Source of the DNA: Massalongia carnosa
Taxonomy: Eukaryota
Reading direction: 5' to 3'
Assembly: GCA_965645245.1 (NCBI GenBank)
Contig: OZ287078.1
Location: 1,488,001 to 1,552,000, forward strand
DNA: 64,000 nt
Made by a program: the position numbers and the translations under genes. Under the pieces are notes generated by a model. The model saw nothing but the letters and a program-made list of their open reading frames with translations, did not search any database and was not told the origin of the DNA. Of this stretch, positions 13,823 through 27,325 are shown in pieces (positions within the stretch are counted from its first letter, which is position 1; every line of letters begins with the position of its first letter).

Positions 13823-16800
13823 ATGACCCAGAAATCAATTGATTCAGACCCTACCTTCTCCACGGTGGATGAATCACGCTCCGATGCCTCAATGGTCGAG
13901 GGCCTTACGACGGAAGTAGCCGGTACTTCCAAGAACCTGTTCGTGGAGGGAACAACGAGATCGTCCCAGTCCGGCTTGTCCGAGCACTCGAACAGCGACA
14001 TGGCGGATGAAAAGGCTGGATTTGAACCCATTAAGACGGGGAAATCCTTTCCGACGCAACGGCCCATGATGGCCTCAAGCCAGCCCAGAAGCTTGACCGA
14101 AGAGGAGATCTTCCGAGTCATCAGCCGGAAGAGAACAAACACGAGTGGGCGGCAAAGCTCGTATGCCGGAGAAGTTGACGAAGAACAAGCTGAGATCGAG
14201 CGTTTGATGTCGAGAATGTTCGGGAAAAACCGCCAGGAACATTCGGAAGATGAAAAGACCCGACATGTGGGCGTGGTGTTCAAGAATCTAATGGTGAAAG
14301 GGATGGGTCTAGGCGCTGCCCTGCAGGGAACGCTGGCAGATCCTTTCTTAGCACTACCCCGGTTACTCAAGAGCTTGGTCCGTGGTGGAGCCAAAGGGGC
14401 GGCGGGCAAACCCCCGATGAGGACGATATTGAACGATTTTACCGGCTGTGTTCGCCCGGGAGAAATGCTTCTGGTCCTTGGGCGGCCGGGATCGGGATGC
14501 TCGACGTTTTTGAAAGTGTTGGCGAATCAACGCTTCGGGTACGAAAGCGTCGAGGGTGATGTTTCGTACGGTGGGACGGATGCGAAGATTATGGGGAAAG
14601 ATTATCGCGGAGAAATCGTCTACAATCCAGAAGACGACCTCCATTACTCCACATTAACCGTGAAACGAACGCTAGCTTTCGCTTTGACCACACGAACGCC
14701 TGGCAAGGCATCACGTAACGATGGCGAGAGTCGGAAGGACTATGTCAAAGAGTTTCTTCGCGTGGTGTCACGATTGTTTTGGATCGAGCATACGAGTTGG
14801 TATCCACCGAAAATGCGTATGTAGGAATAGGCTGACTCCGCGCAACAGTGCACACCAAAGTGGGCGACGAGTTTGTGCGAGGGGTATCCGGAGGAGAGAA
14901 GAAGCGGGTGAGCATTGCGGAAGCCATGATTACCAAAGCCAGCACGCAATGCTGGGATAATTCGACTCGCGGATTAGATGCGAGTACCGCGTTGGAATAC
15001 GTGCAGTCCCTGCGATCGCTCACCAACATGGCGCACGTGTCAACGTTGGTGGCCCTATACCAGGCTGGAGAAAGTCTCTATGACCTGTTCGATAAAGTAG
15101 TACTCATAGATGAAGGCCAATGCCTGTATTATGGGTCGACGGAAGATGCTGCCGCTTACTTCGAAGAACTCGGGTTCGCCCGCCCAGCTCGCTGGACAAC
15201 CGCGGACTTTGTGAGTTTCCAACCGCCAATGATTGAATCGGTACTGATGGTCATCTGCAGCTCACTTCGGTGTCGGACGAGCATGAACGTCAGATCCGCG
15301 AAGGCTACGAAAACCGTGTGCCGCGAACGCCCGAACAATTTGCAGCTGCATACCGTAAAAGCGATGTCTACCAACGGAATCTCAAAGACATTGAGGATTG
15401 GGAGCGGCAAGCCGAACAGCAACGGCAAGACCGGTTGGCAGAAAGCACCAAAGCTACGAAGCAGAAAAACTATGCGCTCCCATTTCACAAGCAGGTCTTC
15501 GCGTGCACACACAGGCAGTTCCTCGTCTTGTTGGGCGATCGCCTGTCCTTGGGGGGTAAGTGGGGTGGAGTCTTCTTTCAGGCTTTGATCGTTGGCTCCC
15601 TCTTCTTCAACATGCCAAAGACGGCGGCTGGGGTGTTCAGTCGCGGTGGCGTGATGTTTTTCATGCTGCTCTTCAATGCCCTGCTCGCTTTGGCCGAGTT
15701 GACCTCGGCGTTTTCGAGCCGACCCATATTGCTCAAGCATAAGAGTTTGTAAGTGGTCCGAACCCTCCACCCGGATCGCCACTAACCTGCATAGCTCCTT
15801 TTACCGGCCCTCGGCGTATGCTATCGCTCAGACCGTGGTGGACATCCCTCTCGTCCTGGTTCAAGTGTTAATCTTCAATCTAGTCGTCTATTTCATGTCG
15901 GGTCTTGCTCGCACCGCGTCACAATTCTTTATTAGTTTGCTTTTCCTCTGGATCGTCACCATGAATATGTACGCGTTCTTCCGCGCGATTGGGTCTCTGG
16001 TTAAGTCACTAGATATTGCCACGCGCATCACTGGCGTAGCCATACAAACCCTGATCGTCTACACGGGCTATCTGATACCGCCGCAGAAGATGCATCCGTG
16101 GTTTAAATGGCTCATCTGGATTAACCCCGTTCAGTACGGCTTTGAGGCATTGATGGCAAATGAGTTCTATGGCCTCGACATCGCATGTGTTCCCCCTTAT
16201 CTGGTGCCCCAAGGTCCAGGAGCAAGCCCGGAATATCAATCGTGCACCATCCAAGGAAGTCGGCCCGGCCAGCTTACGGTCCGCGGTGGAGATTATGTCA
16301 AAACCGCGTTCACGTACGAGAGGTCCCACTTGTGGCGTAATTTCGGCATCATCGTTGGGTTTTGGATCTTCTTCGTCGTCCTGACCATGGTAGGGATGGA
16401 GCTGCAGAAGCCGAACGCAGGCGGCGGAGCGGTGACCATCTTCAAGCGAGGCCAAGCGCCGAGATCCGTTGAAAAGGCCCTGGAGAAGGGGAGCCTTCCC
16501 GAAGACGAAGAAAAGGCGGCTGCGGCCGGAGACGAGAAACCGACCCGCGTCGATTCCAGTAGTTCAGGCTCAGATCGGGCGGTCAAAGGCGTCGCTCGGA
16601 ACGAGTCCGTTTTCACTTACACCAACGTTAACTACACGATTCCCTACGAAAGAGGCGAAAGGAAGCTTCTTCACGATGTCCAGGGGTATGTTCGACCAGG
16701 CAAACTCACTGCTTTAATGGGTGCTAGCGGGGCGGGAAAGACGACTTTACTCAACACTTTGGCGCAACGAATCAATTTTGGGGTCGTCAGCGGCGATTTC

Positions 16801-18771
16801 TTGGTCGATGGGAGGCCATTGCCCAAATCCTTCCAACGAGCGACTGGTTTTGCCGAACAACAAGATGTACATGAGTCAACCGCGACGATCCGCGAAGCGC
16901 TTCGCTTCTCTGCCCTGCTACGACAGCCCCAGGAGGTGCCCATAGAGGAAAAGTACGAGTACTGTGAAAGGATCATCGACCTTCTGGAGATGAGGAGTAT
17001 CGCCGGCGCCACAATTGGCACTATGGGCGAAGGACTCAACCAGGAGCAACGCAAACGAGTAACGATTGGGGTCGAACTTGCCAGCAAACCGGAACTGCTT
17101 CTCTTCTTAGACGAACCCACGTCAGGTCTGGATTCGGCGGCGGCGTTCAACATCATTCGGTTCTTGCGCAAGTTAGCGGATAGCGGGCAAGCGCTCCTTG
17201 TGACTATCCATCAACCATCGTCGGTTCTGTTCGAATACTTTGATGAACTTTTACTCCTCAAATCAGGAGGCCGAGTCGTCTATCATGGACCCCTGGGCAA
17301 GGACTCGCGCGATCTGATTGGCTATTTCGAGAAGAACGGGGCCAAGAAGTGCCCACCGCGCGCGAATCCCGCCGAGTACATGCTCGAAGCCATCGGTGCG
17401 GGGAATCCGGACTACAAGGGGAAGGATTGGGGTGACGTATGGGCCTCTTCTCCAGAGCATGCCGAGCGATCGCGAGAGATTCAGAAGATGATTGGTGAGC
17501 GACGTAGCGCCTCGACAAACTCCAAAATCGATGATGATCGCGAGTATGCAATGCCGCTGAGCACACAAATCTCCACCGTGGTACATCGGTCGTTCGTCTC
17601 ATACTGGAGGAGCCCGGATTACATGATCGGGAAATTCATGCTCCATATTGTACGGCGGTTGTCCACTGCTTGACGAGGTCAAAGGCTAACTGCAGATAGG
17701 TCACCGGCCTCTTCAACACTTTCACCTTTTACCACATTGGCAACGCGCAAATCGATTTTCAATCCCGACTCTTTTCCATCTTCATGACTCTCACCATCTC
17801 TCCCCCCCTCATTCAGCAGCTTCAGCCAAAATACCTGCAATTCCGCTCGCTCTACAAATCCCGCGAAGCTAATTCGAAAATCTACTCCTGGATTGCCTTT
17901 ACAACCGGTGCTGTTCTGGTCGAACTCCCTTACTCCCTCGTCGCGGGGACGATTTACTTCCAATGCTGGTGGTGGGGTGCCGTGGGCCGGGGGGCCAACA
18001 GTTTGGCCTCGGCCTATACCTGGCTGATGTTGATGCTGTTTGAGATTTACTACGTTGGCCTCGGGCAAGCCATCGCTTCATTCTCGCCCAATGAGCTGTT
18101 GGCTAGCATTCTAGTGCCGATATTTTTCCTTTTCGTGGTGTCGTTTTGTGGAGTGGTGGTACCGTTTGCAGGCTTGCCGCACGTGAGTTCCTGAGTCCAT
18201 GGTCTAGATCGACGACTAGCTAATCAATACCTCAAGTTCTGGCAATCTTGGATGTACTACCTAACCCCCTTCCACTACCTCCTCGAAGGTTTCCTCAGCG
18301 TCGCCGTCCATGGCCGCCCCGTCGTCTGCGCCTCCAATGAGTTCGCCCGCTTCAGACCACCGCCCGGTCAATCCTGCCAGTCCTACACCGAAGGCTTCAT
18401 CCAAAAAGCTGGAGGCTATGTACAGGACGGGTTTGATGGACTTTGCGAATTCTGTCAGTATGCCAACGGGGATGAGTTTGTAAGTTTGCCCGCTTCCTTG
18501 CTAAGTTTTTGGGGTGTTCTGCTGGAATTTGAACACCATCATACGAATTGGACTGCTGATCGGATGATTACAGGCAAGGGGATTTAATGTGTACTACTCG
18601 AAGAAATGGCTCGACCTCGGCATTTTCATCATCTTTTGCGTCTTTAATTTCGGCGTCGTCTTTCTTTGTTCCTGGCTTTACCTTGGGGGCTTCAAGACGC
18701 TGAAGGCGAAGCTGAGTCCGGCTGCAAGGAAACAGAAACAGTTGAACGCACAAACGGCGGAGAAGGTTTGA
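13823..18771 (+). CDS. Full-size ABC-G / PDR multidrug transporter, AtrF-like
   Basis: NBD1: GRPGSGCST, VSGGEKKRVSIAE, CWDNSTRGLD. NBD2: GASGAGKTTLL, LNQEQRKRVTIGVEL, FLDEPTSGLDS. Two transmembrane regions and about 7 introns. The N-terminal motif RLMSRMFG...KTRHVGVVFKNL resembles the AtrF clade (from memory, not searched). Confidence 0.95.
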
Positions 18772-20013
18772 TGTGGTTGAATCTTTTAGAAGGGGGGTCA
18801 AGTGTGATTGGTTCATCAGGGCTATGAAATCCTTTTCTTGTTGATATTTATCGCACAGGTTTGGTGGATACATCAAAACAAAAGAAGAATCTTAGAGAGA
18901 TGACTTTGTTCGCGGAGGATTCGCGGATTTGGTGTAGATCGGGAAAGGAGGTTACGAACAATAATCGTAATAATGATTTAAGACTCAGACTAAGAAGATT
19001 GTCCTGCACCCATCACATGCGCTGTCAAGAGACGGACCAGATGTAGCGTAATTAACTTCACTTCCATTGCTCGTCATATATATTTTTAACAAGAAAACTT
19101 CAAGAATAAACGATAGAAAAAACTCAGGAAACATTTCATTCTCTTTTTTTCATTCTTTTTTTTTGAATTCCCCTCTTTCCCTTACATAAAACCGACTCAT
19201 TCAGACAAAACCCCCATCTCCTTTTTCGTGTGTATCGATACCGAGAAACTTCCCCGTTTCTTTCCGTCCCCAACTGCTCCTATCTCTTCCTGCCTGGCTG
19301 GCTGACTGTATTGTCTATCTCTTTACCTTTACTATCATCTAGGTATCTGTCGCGCCTTTTGCAGAACGCGCACTAGTAGGAAGAGGATGTAAGATAGCCG
19401 AAAGAGAAAAGAAACACAAACACAAGGAGAAGGAAAGGAGTTTTTCTGCATTCTAGGTCCGTAGCTGCTATATCGAATGAAGGCTAGGTTAAATCCTTGA
19501 CGACGAGGGAACCATTTTCGGGAAACTTCACAGCTCTTGTTGGAAATGGCGGCTAGATTGAAGTGTGGGCGGTATCGTGGCGGCCGTGTAGCGTTGATGT
19601 GTGAATTAGAAGATGGAATGGCTTAGTTCGGAATGGAACCTTTTGTTGATGGTAATGGTAGCAAGAGATGTTAAGGGTCCCCGGATGCATTATGTAACTT
19701 CAAAAACCCTTACCACGTTTACATTAACCACCCTGGGGTTTGCAACCGTCATCTTTAGACCAGAGAGAAAGAAAGTCTTCGCCTTTGGCTGAAGTTACCA
19801 GCAATATGAGATAGCTTTGTCTTGTGGGAAGATTTTACGGAATCGAGCTATCCTCAAGGTTTTCTAATTTGATACAGAGTCCAAAAGTATCTCGATATTA
19901 CCCAGTAATTCCCTTATATTCAATTTGAAGTGTTCTGTTGAGTTAAACGTCCTCAACAGGAATTTGGTAGCAATTTCATATGTATCTCCAGGTTCTGTGT
20001 ATGTCTTCATCGT

Positions 20014-23000
20014 TCATAGCGCCATCCCGTCTTTATCGAATAATGCCGGTATATCAGCTTCATCCTCCTGATACCCCCGGTATTCTCCCCATCCAGGATA
20101 CTTGCGAGATGTCAGCGCAGAGAAGGTGTTGGAATCGCAATGTTGCTGAGCTTGATCCAAAGCGGTTATCCCACGATGATTCTTGTGCTGAAGCCACGCC
20201 CCCCGGCCTTTCAAACACATTAATACTTCGCCATGCCCGTTGGCGGCGGCAAGAAGCGCGGCTGTGTTTCCGTCCGCGTCCTGGGAGTCCTTGTGGACGC
20301 CACTTTCGAGCAGGAGGTCCACAATTTCCAGATGTCCCTTGGCAGCCGCCAGGATGAGCGCTTGGCAGTCCGACTCCCATGGTTTGTTCTGAAAAATGGC
20401 CGCTCCAGTTATTTCCCTAGCCATTTTGATATCTCCGCGTACGGCGGCGCTTGCCAACATAAGATCTATCACAGGTTTGACATTCGTAGAATTGACTTTT
20501 TCTTGTTTTTGCTGGTACAAAACTCTAAATAGTTGTGAATCGGGTGCTATTGCATCCGCAAGATATGCATACTCAAGCGCTGGAATATTTAAAGAAATCC
20601 AGATACTTAATAACGGGTAATGATCGTTCTCCACAATCCATTTAGATATCTTATTTGAGCGGTTAGCCCAATCGCTTTCTACCCAAGGTTTTTCCACCAG
20701 GGCATTATGGCTTTCAATCAGATGTTTCCATAGTTTCCAGGCCTTCGGGGTGTCTGGGGTGAAACGCGCGGAATGGATAAGCCAGTATTGGCAGGCGTAC
20801 ATCAAGAAAGCATATTTAGAGAAGAGGCTGTGGAAAGGTGTAATAATATTATCTGCCTTAGCGTATAAAGATAGGTTGGCCAAGTCATATCTCTGCCCTA
20901 TCTTCGAGCGCCAGAATCTTGTAAGTTTGATAGGTGATCCAAAAAAATTAGAACTGCGATCCGAAGCGATAGATGCATTGAGTATGTCAATGGGATCGAC
21001 TTCAAGTTTGCGTTGTTCGGTGAACTTGATAACTTGAGTCTCAAAATCGCTGAAGTTAAGATACGTAACACAAATTTCTCCAACATAGTGGTCGAAGTCG
21101 GCTATGTTGAAGTGGAAGTCATACAAGGTTACGTTGAAAACCCCTCGAACAAGAAATTCTCTGACTGAATGGTGCGCAAATCGAATACCTTGATCTTCTT
21201 CATCAATCATCACCAGGTTTTTGCACCAACCGATTATTTGGTCGACATTGTTCAGCAAGCGATCTGTTTTCATATGCTGCTGATAAGGTTCTACTCCAAG
21301 AGCTTCTCGAATCTCACCTAGTGACAAGGGTCGTTTGACGGTGAAAACCCATCGGAAGACTTTCCCAGCGATCTCCGACTTTCTTTGCTTCACAATCTTG
21401 GTCAAAATACGCTCATATGTATCGTTCAGATTCCTTGGAAGATTTCTAAGGACCTTCCGTATATCTTCGTCTGTTTCTTGCTCACAGATATCCTCGATTT
21501 GAAAAAATACCCATAAGAACCTAAAAAGTAAGCCAGAATCAAAGAAAAGGAGGTAACGAAACAAATACCAGACTAAGTGTAGATTAAGTGCCACAGAACG
21601 AATGGGAGCCAGAATATTTATTCACCGATTCAAAGTGTAACTGTAAGGGTGGATCCGCAATATTTCTAAAATAAAATGGTTCTCTTACATTCCGTCCGCT
21701 CCTCGCAGAAGTACCTCCTGGATCTCGGATAAAAGCTCCGTGTCGCCCAAAATCAGCTGTCTCTTATCGATCTTTTCTCGTAGGGTATCTCTGACGTAGT
21801 TAAGTATATCCAGCTGCACTTCAGGACCTTTCACGCTTTTTTTGTGTAACAGTTTGAACCTTAAGCAAACGTCCTGGCTGAGAGAATCACGGCCAGCGAG
21901 AAAAAGCTTTATATTGCCAATAGAGCTAGAGAAGGCTTTTTCGAGAATGTCAAGAAGAGCACCCTTTTCTCTTTTATTGCACTCGTCTATACCGTCAATG
22001 ATAAGAAAGTGCTTGGTTGTTGAGGCGAGGACTTCATAAAATAGGGGTTCGAGGTCTTCAACGTCTTGTATGGCGCGCTGGCAAATGTCTTCTAATTTCG
22101 ACTCAACATTTATAGATGGTGAACGAGCATCTAACGTCTGGCGAATAAGTGAACCAATAATGGTTCTTGCTTTCAATGACTTTTCGTCATCGGAACTGCA
22201 GAAAAAGTAGCTCACGGAATCTTCAGAGGATCGAGAGCAAAGTATATGATCAATCATAGCAGCAGTTATAACAGTCTTTCCAGCTCCCAAAATTCCTGAG
22301 CACCAAAAAACGGAGGACTGAGGGTCTTGCTGCCACTCTTGATATTCATCAGTCCGGCTCAACCACAAACCCGTTGTTCCGTGACGCTTCTTACGAGCTT
22401 GATTGAAGGTAGCAACATAATCATATGTCGAAAGCGTATCTAGCGCCATCATTTTACGTTTCTCTTAGTGTAAAGTCAGTAGGTAATCACCAAGAACAAG
22501 AAGAAATTTTAGCCCATAAACGATTTTGATGAGAACACTGTGGGGTTGGCACCCAACACGAATGAATTTGGCGTTATGACTTCCTTCTTTTCTAATATGA
22601 ATTGAAGATTTGTCAACTTACTCAGCGCTTGTTCCTTTGCCTTTTGTCTCCAAGACCGAGCCTCATCAACTTCTTGAGTCGCTTTTTTCCAAAATACATG
22701 ACTGCTGCTTCTATGAATAACATGCAGCTTTCGTTCGCGGTCCGCTGCCGTTGCTGCAGCAAGGTAAATCTCATCTTTGATGTGATTGCTCTGCCTAGAG
22801 AGTTCCAACTCAAACGAGTGAAATTCGGTTTCGAAAGGTCTGAAGAAAGCTTTCGCGGCATGCTCTAATCCTATAAATTACGTCAGTTAGCTGCCGACGA
22901 TCTTCACCGATTACCGGGTCTTTGATGAGCCATACCACTCCTCTGCATTGTTTCTAGAGCACATCTGCAAAAGTGTACCACGGTTGCGTAAAAATCGCAA

Positions 23001-23546
23001 AGCGCGCTTTGCAGCCTCGGAGCGTCGGCAAATAGTAACTGGTATTCCGAGAATACGGGGCATATCGTTCGTAGCCTCATGAAGTATTCTGACAGTTTAT
23101 CAAAATAGGAAGCAACGTTGCTAGCTGCCTGAATCGTGTGTCAGGCCCCAAAAACATCCTAATCACTTAGAGTAACTACCCACAAGTAGAGTGATCTTCA
23201 AACTGCCCCAAACTAAAGCAGCGACTTGTGGATATGCTTGAATATATGTATCAATAATAGAAGTGAACTGTCGCACGGATTCCAGTACGCCGAAAAGCCT
23301 GCTTGCAACTCCCCTACTCCTGCGTTTTGCATTACGCCGGTCGATTTCTGCCGTAAACGTGAGTACGGCAGTGGAATCCGGGCATGTCTTTAGTAGCAAA
23401 AATTCTGTTAGCTGTGAAGGTGTGAGAGAGTCAACGAATTGCTGTAGAGCAGTTCGGAGCGCATCATTGGGACTACAGATAGGAAGTCAGCCTCTTTAAA
23501 TCTTAGCGATTCTGGATTCCATAGCTCACGGTGTCGTCGTTGCCAT
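20014..23546 (-). CDS. Fungal NLR-like STAND protein: helical N-terminal domain, NACHT, ankyrin repeats
   Basis: Micro-exon MATTT(P) at 23546, then ALRTALQQF...AALVWGSLK. Walker A GILGAGKT, Walker B FLIIDGIDEC, GADGM/FLWV, LPRNLNDTYERIL, RFAHHSVREFL. About 3 C-terminal ankyrin repeats (ALILAAAKGHLEIVDLLL, AALLAAANGHGEVL). Exons join in frame where checked. Confidence 0.9.
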
Positions 23547-24687
23547 TTCTAGATTCAGAAAGTCTGAAACTGGCAGAGGCCGGTAGTTTTAAGTGTAGCA
23601 TTATGGGTCAGATATTATTGCCAATAATCAAGTCTTTCGAGAAGACAGCGATTCTGCAGCATTTGAATATGAAAGGTTGTGGTAAAGTACTTATTGATAA
23701 TATACGGACAAGGCGAAGGGCAAGCTGTGGCGCAGTACTTAGTTAAGCCGGCTTTTCAATGAGGCGCAGTAGGAAACTATACTCACAGCCTTCTGAAACC
23801 AGCCTCAGGCAGGTTTTCATGTATAATATTCACTCCCTACAACCCGGTCAGTCTCTTTCCTTACCGTTTTACTTTGAGGCAAACCTTATCAGTATGTAAA
23901 GTTAAGAATCCTACCGTCGCTACACCCCTTTTTAATGCTGCTCCCCCTACTCGAATGGACCCGAAACCAAAATCTTCCAGCAATGAAATCTTTCCTATGT
24001 ATTTCTAGTCTTGATAGCGTACACAGTATATCCCCTATTTTAGTTTCTTCAACTTCCTCGTTCTTCGTCCTTCATCCTCATCATAATAGCACCATGAAGC
24101 TGAGACCTCCTTGTAAAGATGTGCGCTTTTCTTGTTTCGCTTCTTTACTTATGGCGCTCAATCACTCAACTGAAACGCCGCTAAAGAAGACTATATTAAT
24201 ATCAAAGACTGATTTCAAGGGCAGCAATATTATTATCTCAAAAAGGTCTAGCTACATTGCCGCAGTTTGCCTCTTTTCTGTTTTGTTTTTATTATTTTAA
24301 TAGAAAACTTAGGAGAGGTATAAACTAGGTACGAGCCGAAGATATTAAAGAATAGAGACCAAAAGATGAAAGAAATGATCGGAGAGGGAGATGAAGTGAA
24401 GAAAGTGGAAATGGGTGATCATAAAGATCCAGATGAAGGTGAATGAATCGCTACTCTACCTTCTCAAGTCAGTACAGAGAATCGTACGAAGCGCAAACGA
24501 AAGAAAAGTGGTTTGGGTTTAATCCGAGTTATGATCCTAATGTCCAATGATGGACAATCAAACTTTGAAAACGTATAACATCTTGTCGTGGATCTGAGAA
24601 GCTAGAAAGAAACAGTTGACTTGTTGGCCATAGAATCCAGGGGTCAAACTTATCTCCATTTTTTATCTCCATAGAATCTTGACCGTT

Positions 24688-24753
24688 AATCGTGCTAAAC
24701 CACTTTTGGAATGGAAAAAAGTTACTTTATTCCCAAAATGGTTTAACACGATT
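24688..24753. repeat. Inverted repeat / hairpin: 25-bp arms, 22/25 matching, 16-nt loop
   Basis: AATCGTGCTAAACCACTTTTGGAAT (24688-24712) against ATTCCCAAAATGGTTTAACACGATT (24729-24753). Confidence 0.8.
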
Positions 24754-24878
24754 CACTAGCGGCCTTAACGGCTCGATATGATAAGGTGATAATGGCGTTA
24801 TCATGACTGACGATTCTACCTACTGTACAAATATAAGAAGCAGTCCTAAGCATCTCACATATCTATGAAAACGATTCT

Positions 24879-25888
24879 ATGATGACGAAGTAAGGCCTGT
24901 CAATTCAATTTATACATCAATCTGACCTTTTCCTAGGGAAATCAATCCTCACACCGAACCCCTCTCTATAACATCCACCCTCCCCCTCCTCGACCCGGCT
25001 CTCAAGATCCCTCGCCTCGGATTTGGTATCTATCGATCTCCCCCTGAAATATGTATCCAATCATGTGTCACTGCCCTCGCCATTGGATATCGTCATATTG
25101 ATAGCGCGCAATTTTACGTAAACGAAGCCGAGATGGGCGCCGCGGTGCGTCAATCCGGCATCCCGCGCAATGAAGTCTTCCTCACGACGAAAATTCTCTC
25201 CGCGGGCGGGAGCCCTGAGAAGACTTATCAAAAGTGCCTCAAGAGCGTGAAAGTTATTGACGACGGGGACGAAGGCTATGTGGATCTGTTTTTGATACAT
25301 TCTCCGAGCGGGGGCCCAGTAGCGCGGAAGGAGATGTGGGGCGCGCTGGAGAAATTGTATAAAGAGGGGAAAGCAAAAGCGATTGGCGTTAGTAATTTTG
25401 GTGTGGGGCACATTGAAGGGTTGAAGGAATTCGCTGAAGTTTGGCCTCCGCATGTTAACCAGCTTGAGGTAGGTTTTGCATGTTCTATGCTTTCTTTGCC
25501 GATGAGACTTCTTTTCATCATTCAACCCAACCAAGCTAATACTCCTTAACAGCTTCACCCCTGGTGCCAACAACGTACCATAGTCTCCTACTGTCAGAAG
25601 CATTCCATCGTCGTCGAAGCCTATTCTCCACTCGTCCGCAACCAGAAAGCCCAAAATCCCACGCTTCTATCGCTGGCGAAAAAATGTAGCAAAACCCCTT
25701 CACAGATACTAGTGCGCTATTCACTGCAGAAGGGATGGGTGCCGCTGCCTAAAAGTGATACTAAGAGCCGAATTGAAGAAAATGCGAATGTCTTCGGCTG
25801 GGAACTTGAGGGCGATGATATGGAAGTTTTGGATGACTTGGACGAGGGCGAGGAGGGGGCTATCGTGCAGGCTGTGAAAAATGACTAG
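24879..25888 (+). CDS. Aldo-keto reductase family oxidoreductase
   Basis: Spliced protein MMTKEINP...KIPRLGFGIY, GYRHIDSAQFY, EVFLTTK, YVDLFLIHSP, IGVSNF, NQLE/LHPW, AYSPL, PLPKS. Two introns; stop TAG at 25886-25888. Confidence 0.93.
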
Positions 25889-26181
25889 GTATCTGGAGGA
25901 TGGGAGTTGAGCAGGTGAAAGCATAAGTGAAGGAAATGTTCCTCTGAACGTTTCGCTCTACATGATCAGCCAGGAGTTCCATTTTTATGCATGCAAGTAA
26001 CGAGTTTCCGAGGAGCAAGTCGTGCACTAACGGAAATTCTACATACGCTACGCCTTTTCGAGGTTTATGTGACCAGTGCTAAACTTTTGCCACCAGTTGT
26101 TTTAGACTATCATTATCCTTTAAGATCGTCCCTCATTAATTACTGGCCATAAGTCCAGGCCCAAAAGCAAACTATGCAAAT

Positions 26182-27325
26182 ATGCCTCTGACTGCTGCTG
26201 AAATAATCGAACATTCTGCATTCCCACATGTTATTCACAATCTCCCACCAACAAAGAAAGGCACTGTGGCTGTGGCTCAGGGTCGAGGAGGCCCTCTAAA
26301 TATTGCGTATGAGATTCACGGTCATGGTCCCATTCATCTTGTGTGGATTATGGGATTGGGAGCCTTCAAATGGTATTGGCAGCGGCAAACGAAAGACTTT
26401 GGCCACGAACAGGGCTCCAAATACTCCTGCCTAATCTTTGACAATCGAGGGATGGGCGAGAGTGACAAGCCATTAATGTGGTACTCTACGTTGGAAATGG
26501 CAAAGGATACTCTAGAGCTTATGGATTATCTCGACTGGACGCGCAAAAGGCAAATTCATGTGATTGGTATAAGCATGGGAGGCATGATCGCACAGGAGCT
26601 GGTATCTGATTGACATAACGTCCTTTGAATCCGAAAACTAATCGTTACGCCAGGCCCTTCTTGAGCCGGACAGGATAGCCTCTTTGTCGCTGGTGTCAAC
26701 AGCAGCCGAACTCATTAATACCATCGTAAGCGCCCTGGATTTGAATATGGGGCTTGTTCGCTGACCCCTGCGGCTAGGGTTATCTTGAGCATCTTCAGGA
26801 ACGCATCAATATTCTGTAGGTCTTCTACGTCTCGAACCATTTTCCTTATCCCTAACCGCTATCTCATGATGTAGCATCCCTAAATCCGTTGACGCACAAC
26901 TCGCCGAAATAAAGTCTCGTGTTAGCCCTAGCTGGCTATCCGAGCCTGATGCAGATGGCCATTTCCCTACAAATGGCGATCGCTTTGCTGCACAAGAGTT
27001 GACGAAAAGGCGAGACACAAATGGGTTCACCCGGAAAGGATTCCTCTGCCAAGCTGTTGCAGCAGTATATCATAAGAAGACGCCTGACCAACTCCGGCAG
27101 CTAGCCGAACGAGTTGGTAGAGAGCGTATTCAAGTCATGCATGGGACAATCGATAACCTGATAACAATCCCGCATGCGGATACACTCATCCAAAACCTTG
27201 GGGGAGAAGAAAATGGTATTACAAAGCATATATTTGAAGGAAGAGGTCATTATTTGCCCATGGAGGAGAGGAAGGAATTCAAGAGGTTGCTGGAGGCCAT
27301 GATTGATAAAGCGGAAGCACTTTGA
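26182..27325 (+). CDS. Alpha/beta-fold hydrolase
   Basis: FDNRGMGESDKP, nucleophile elbow GISMGG, HGTIDNLI (acid) and GRGH (catalytic His). About 3 short introns. Confidence 0.9.

Noticed and set aside
13795..18081. Numerous antisense ORFs over the ABC transporter (and likewise over other genes)
   Set aside because: Shadow ORFs of GC-rich coding sequence with no independent motifs.
20014..27325. NLR plus alpha/beta hydrolase as a SesB-type amyloid signalling cluster
   Set aside because: No shared amyloid-like motif at the NLR N-terminus or the hydrolase C-terminus. The hydrolase looks like an ordinary conserved family member.
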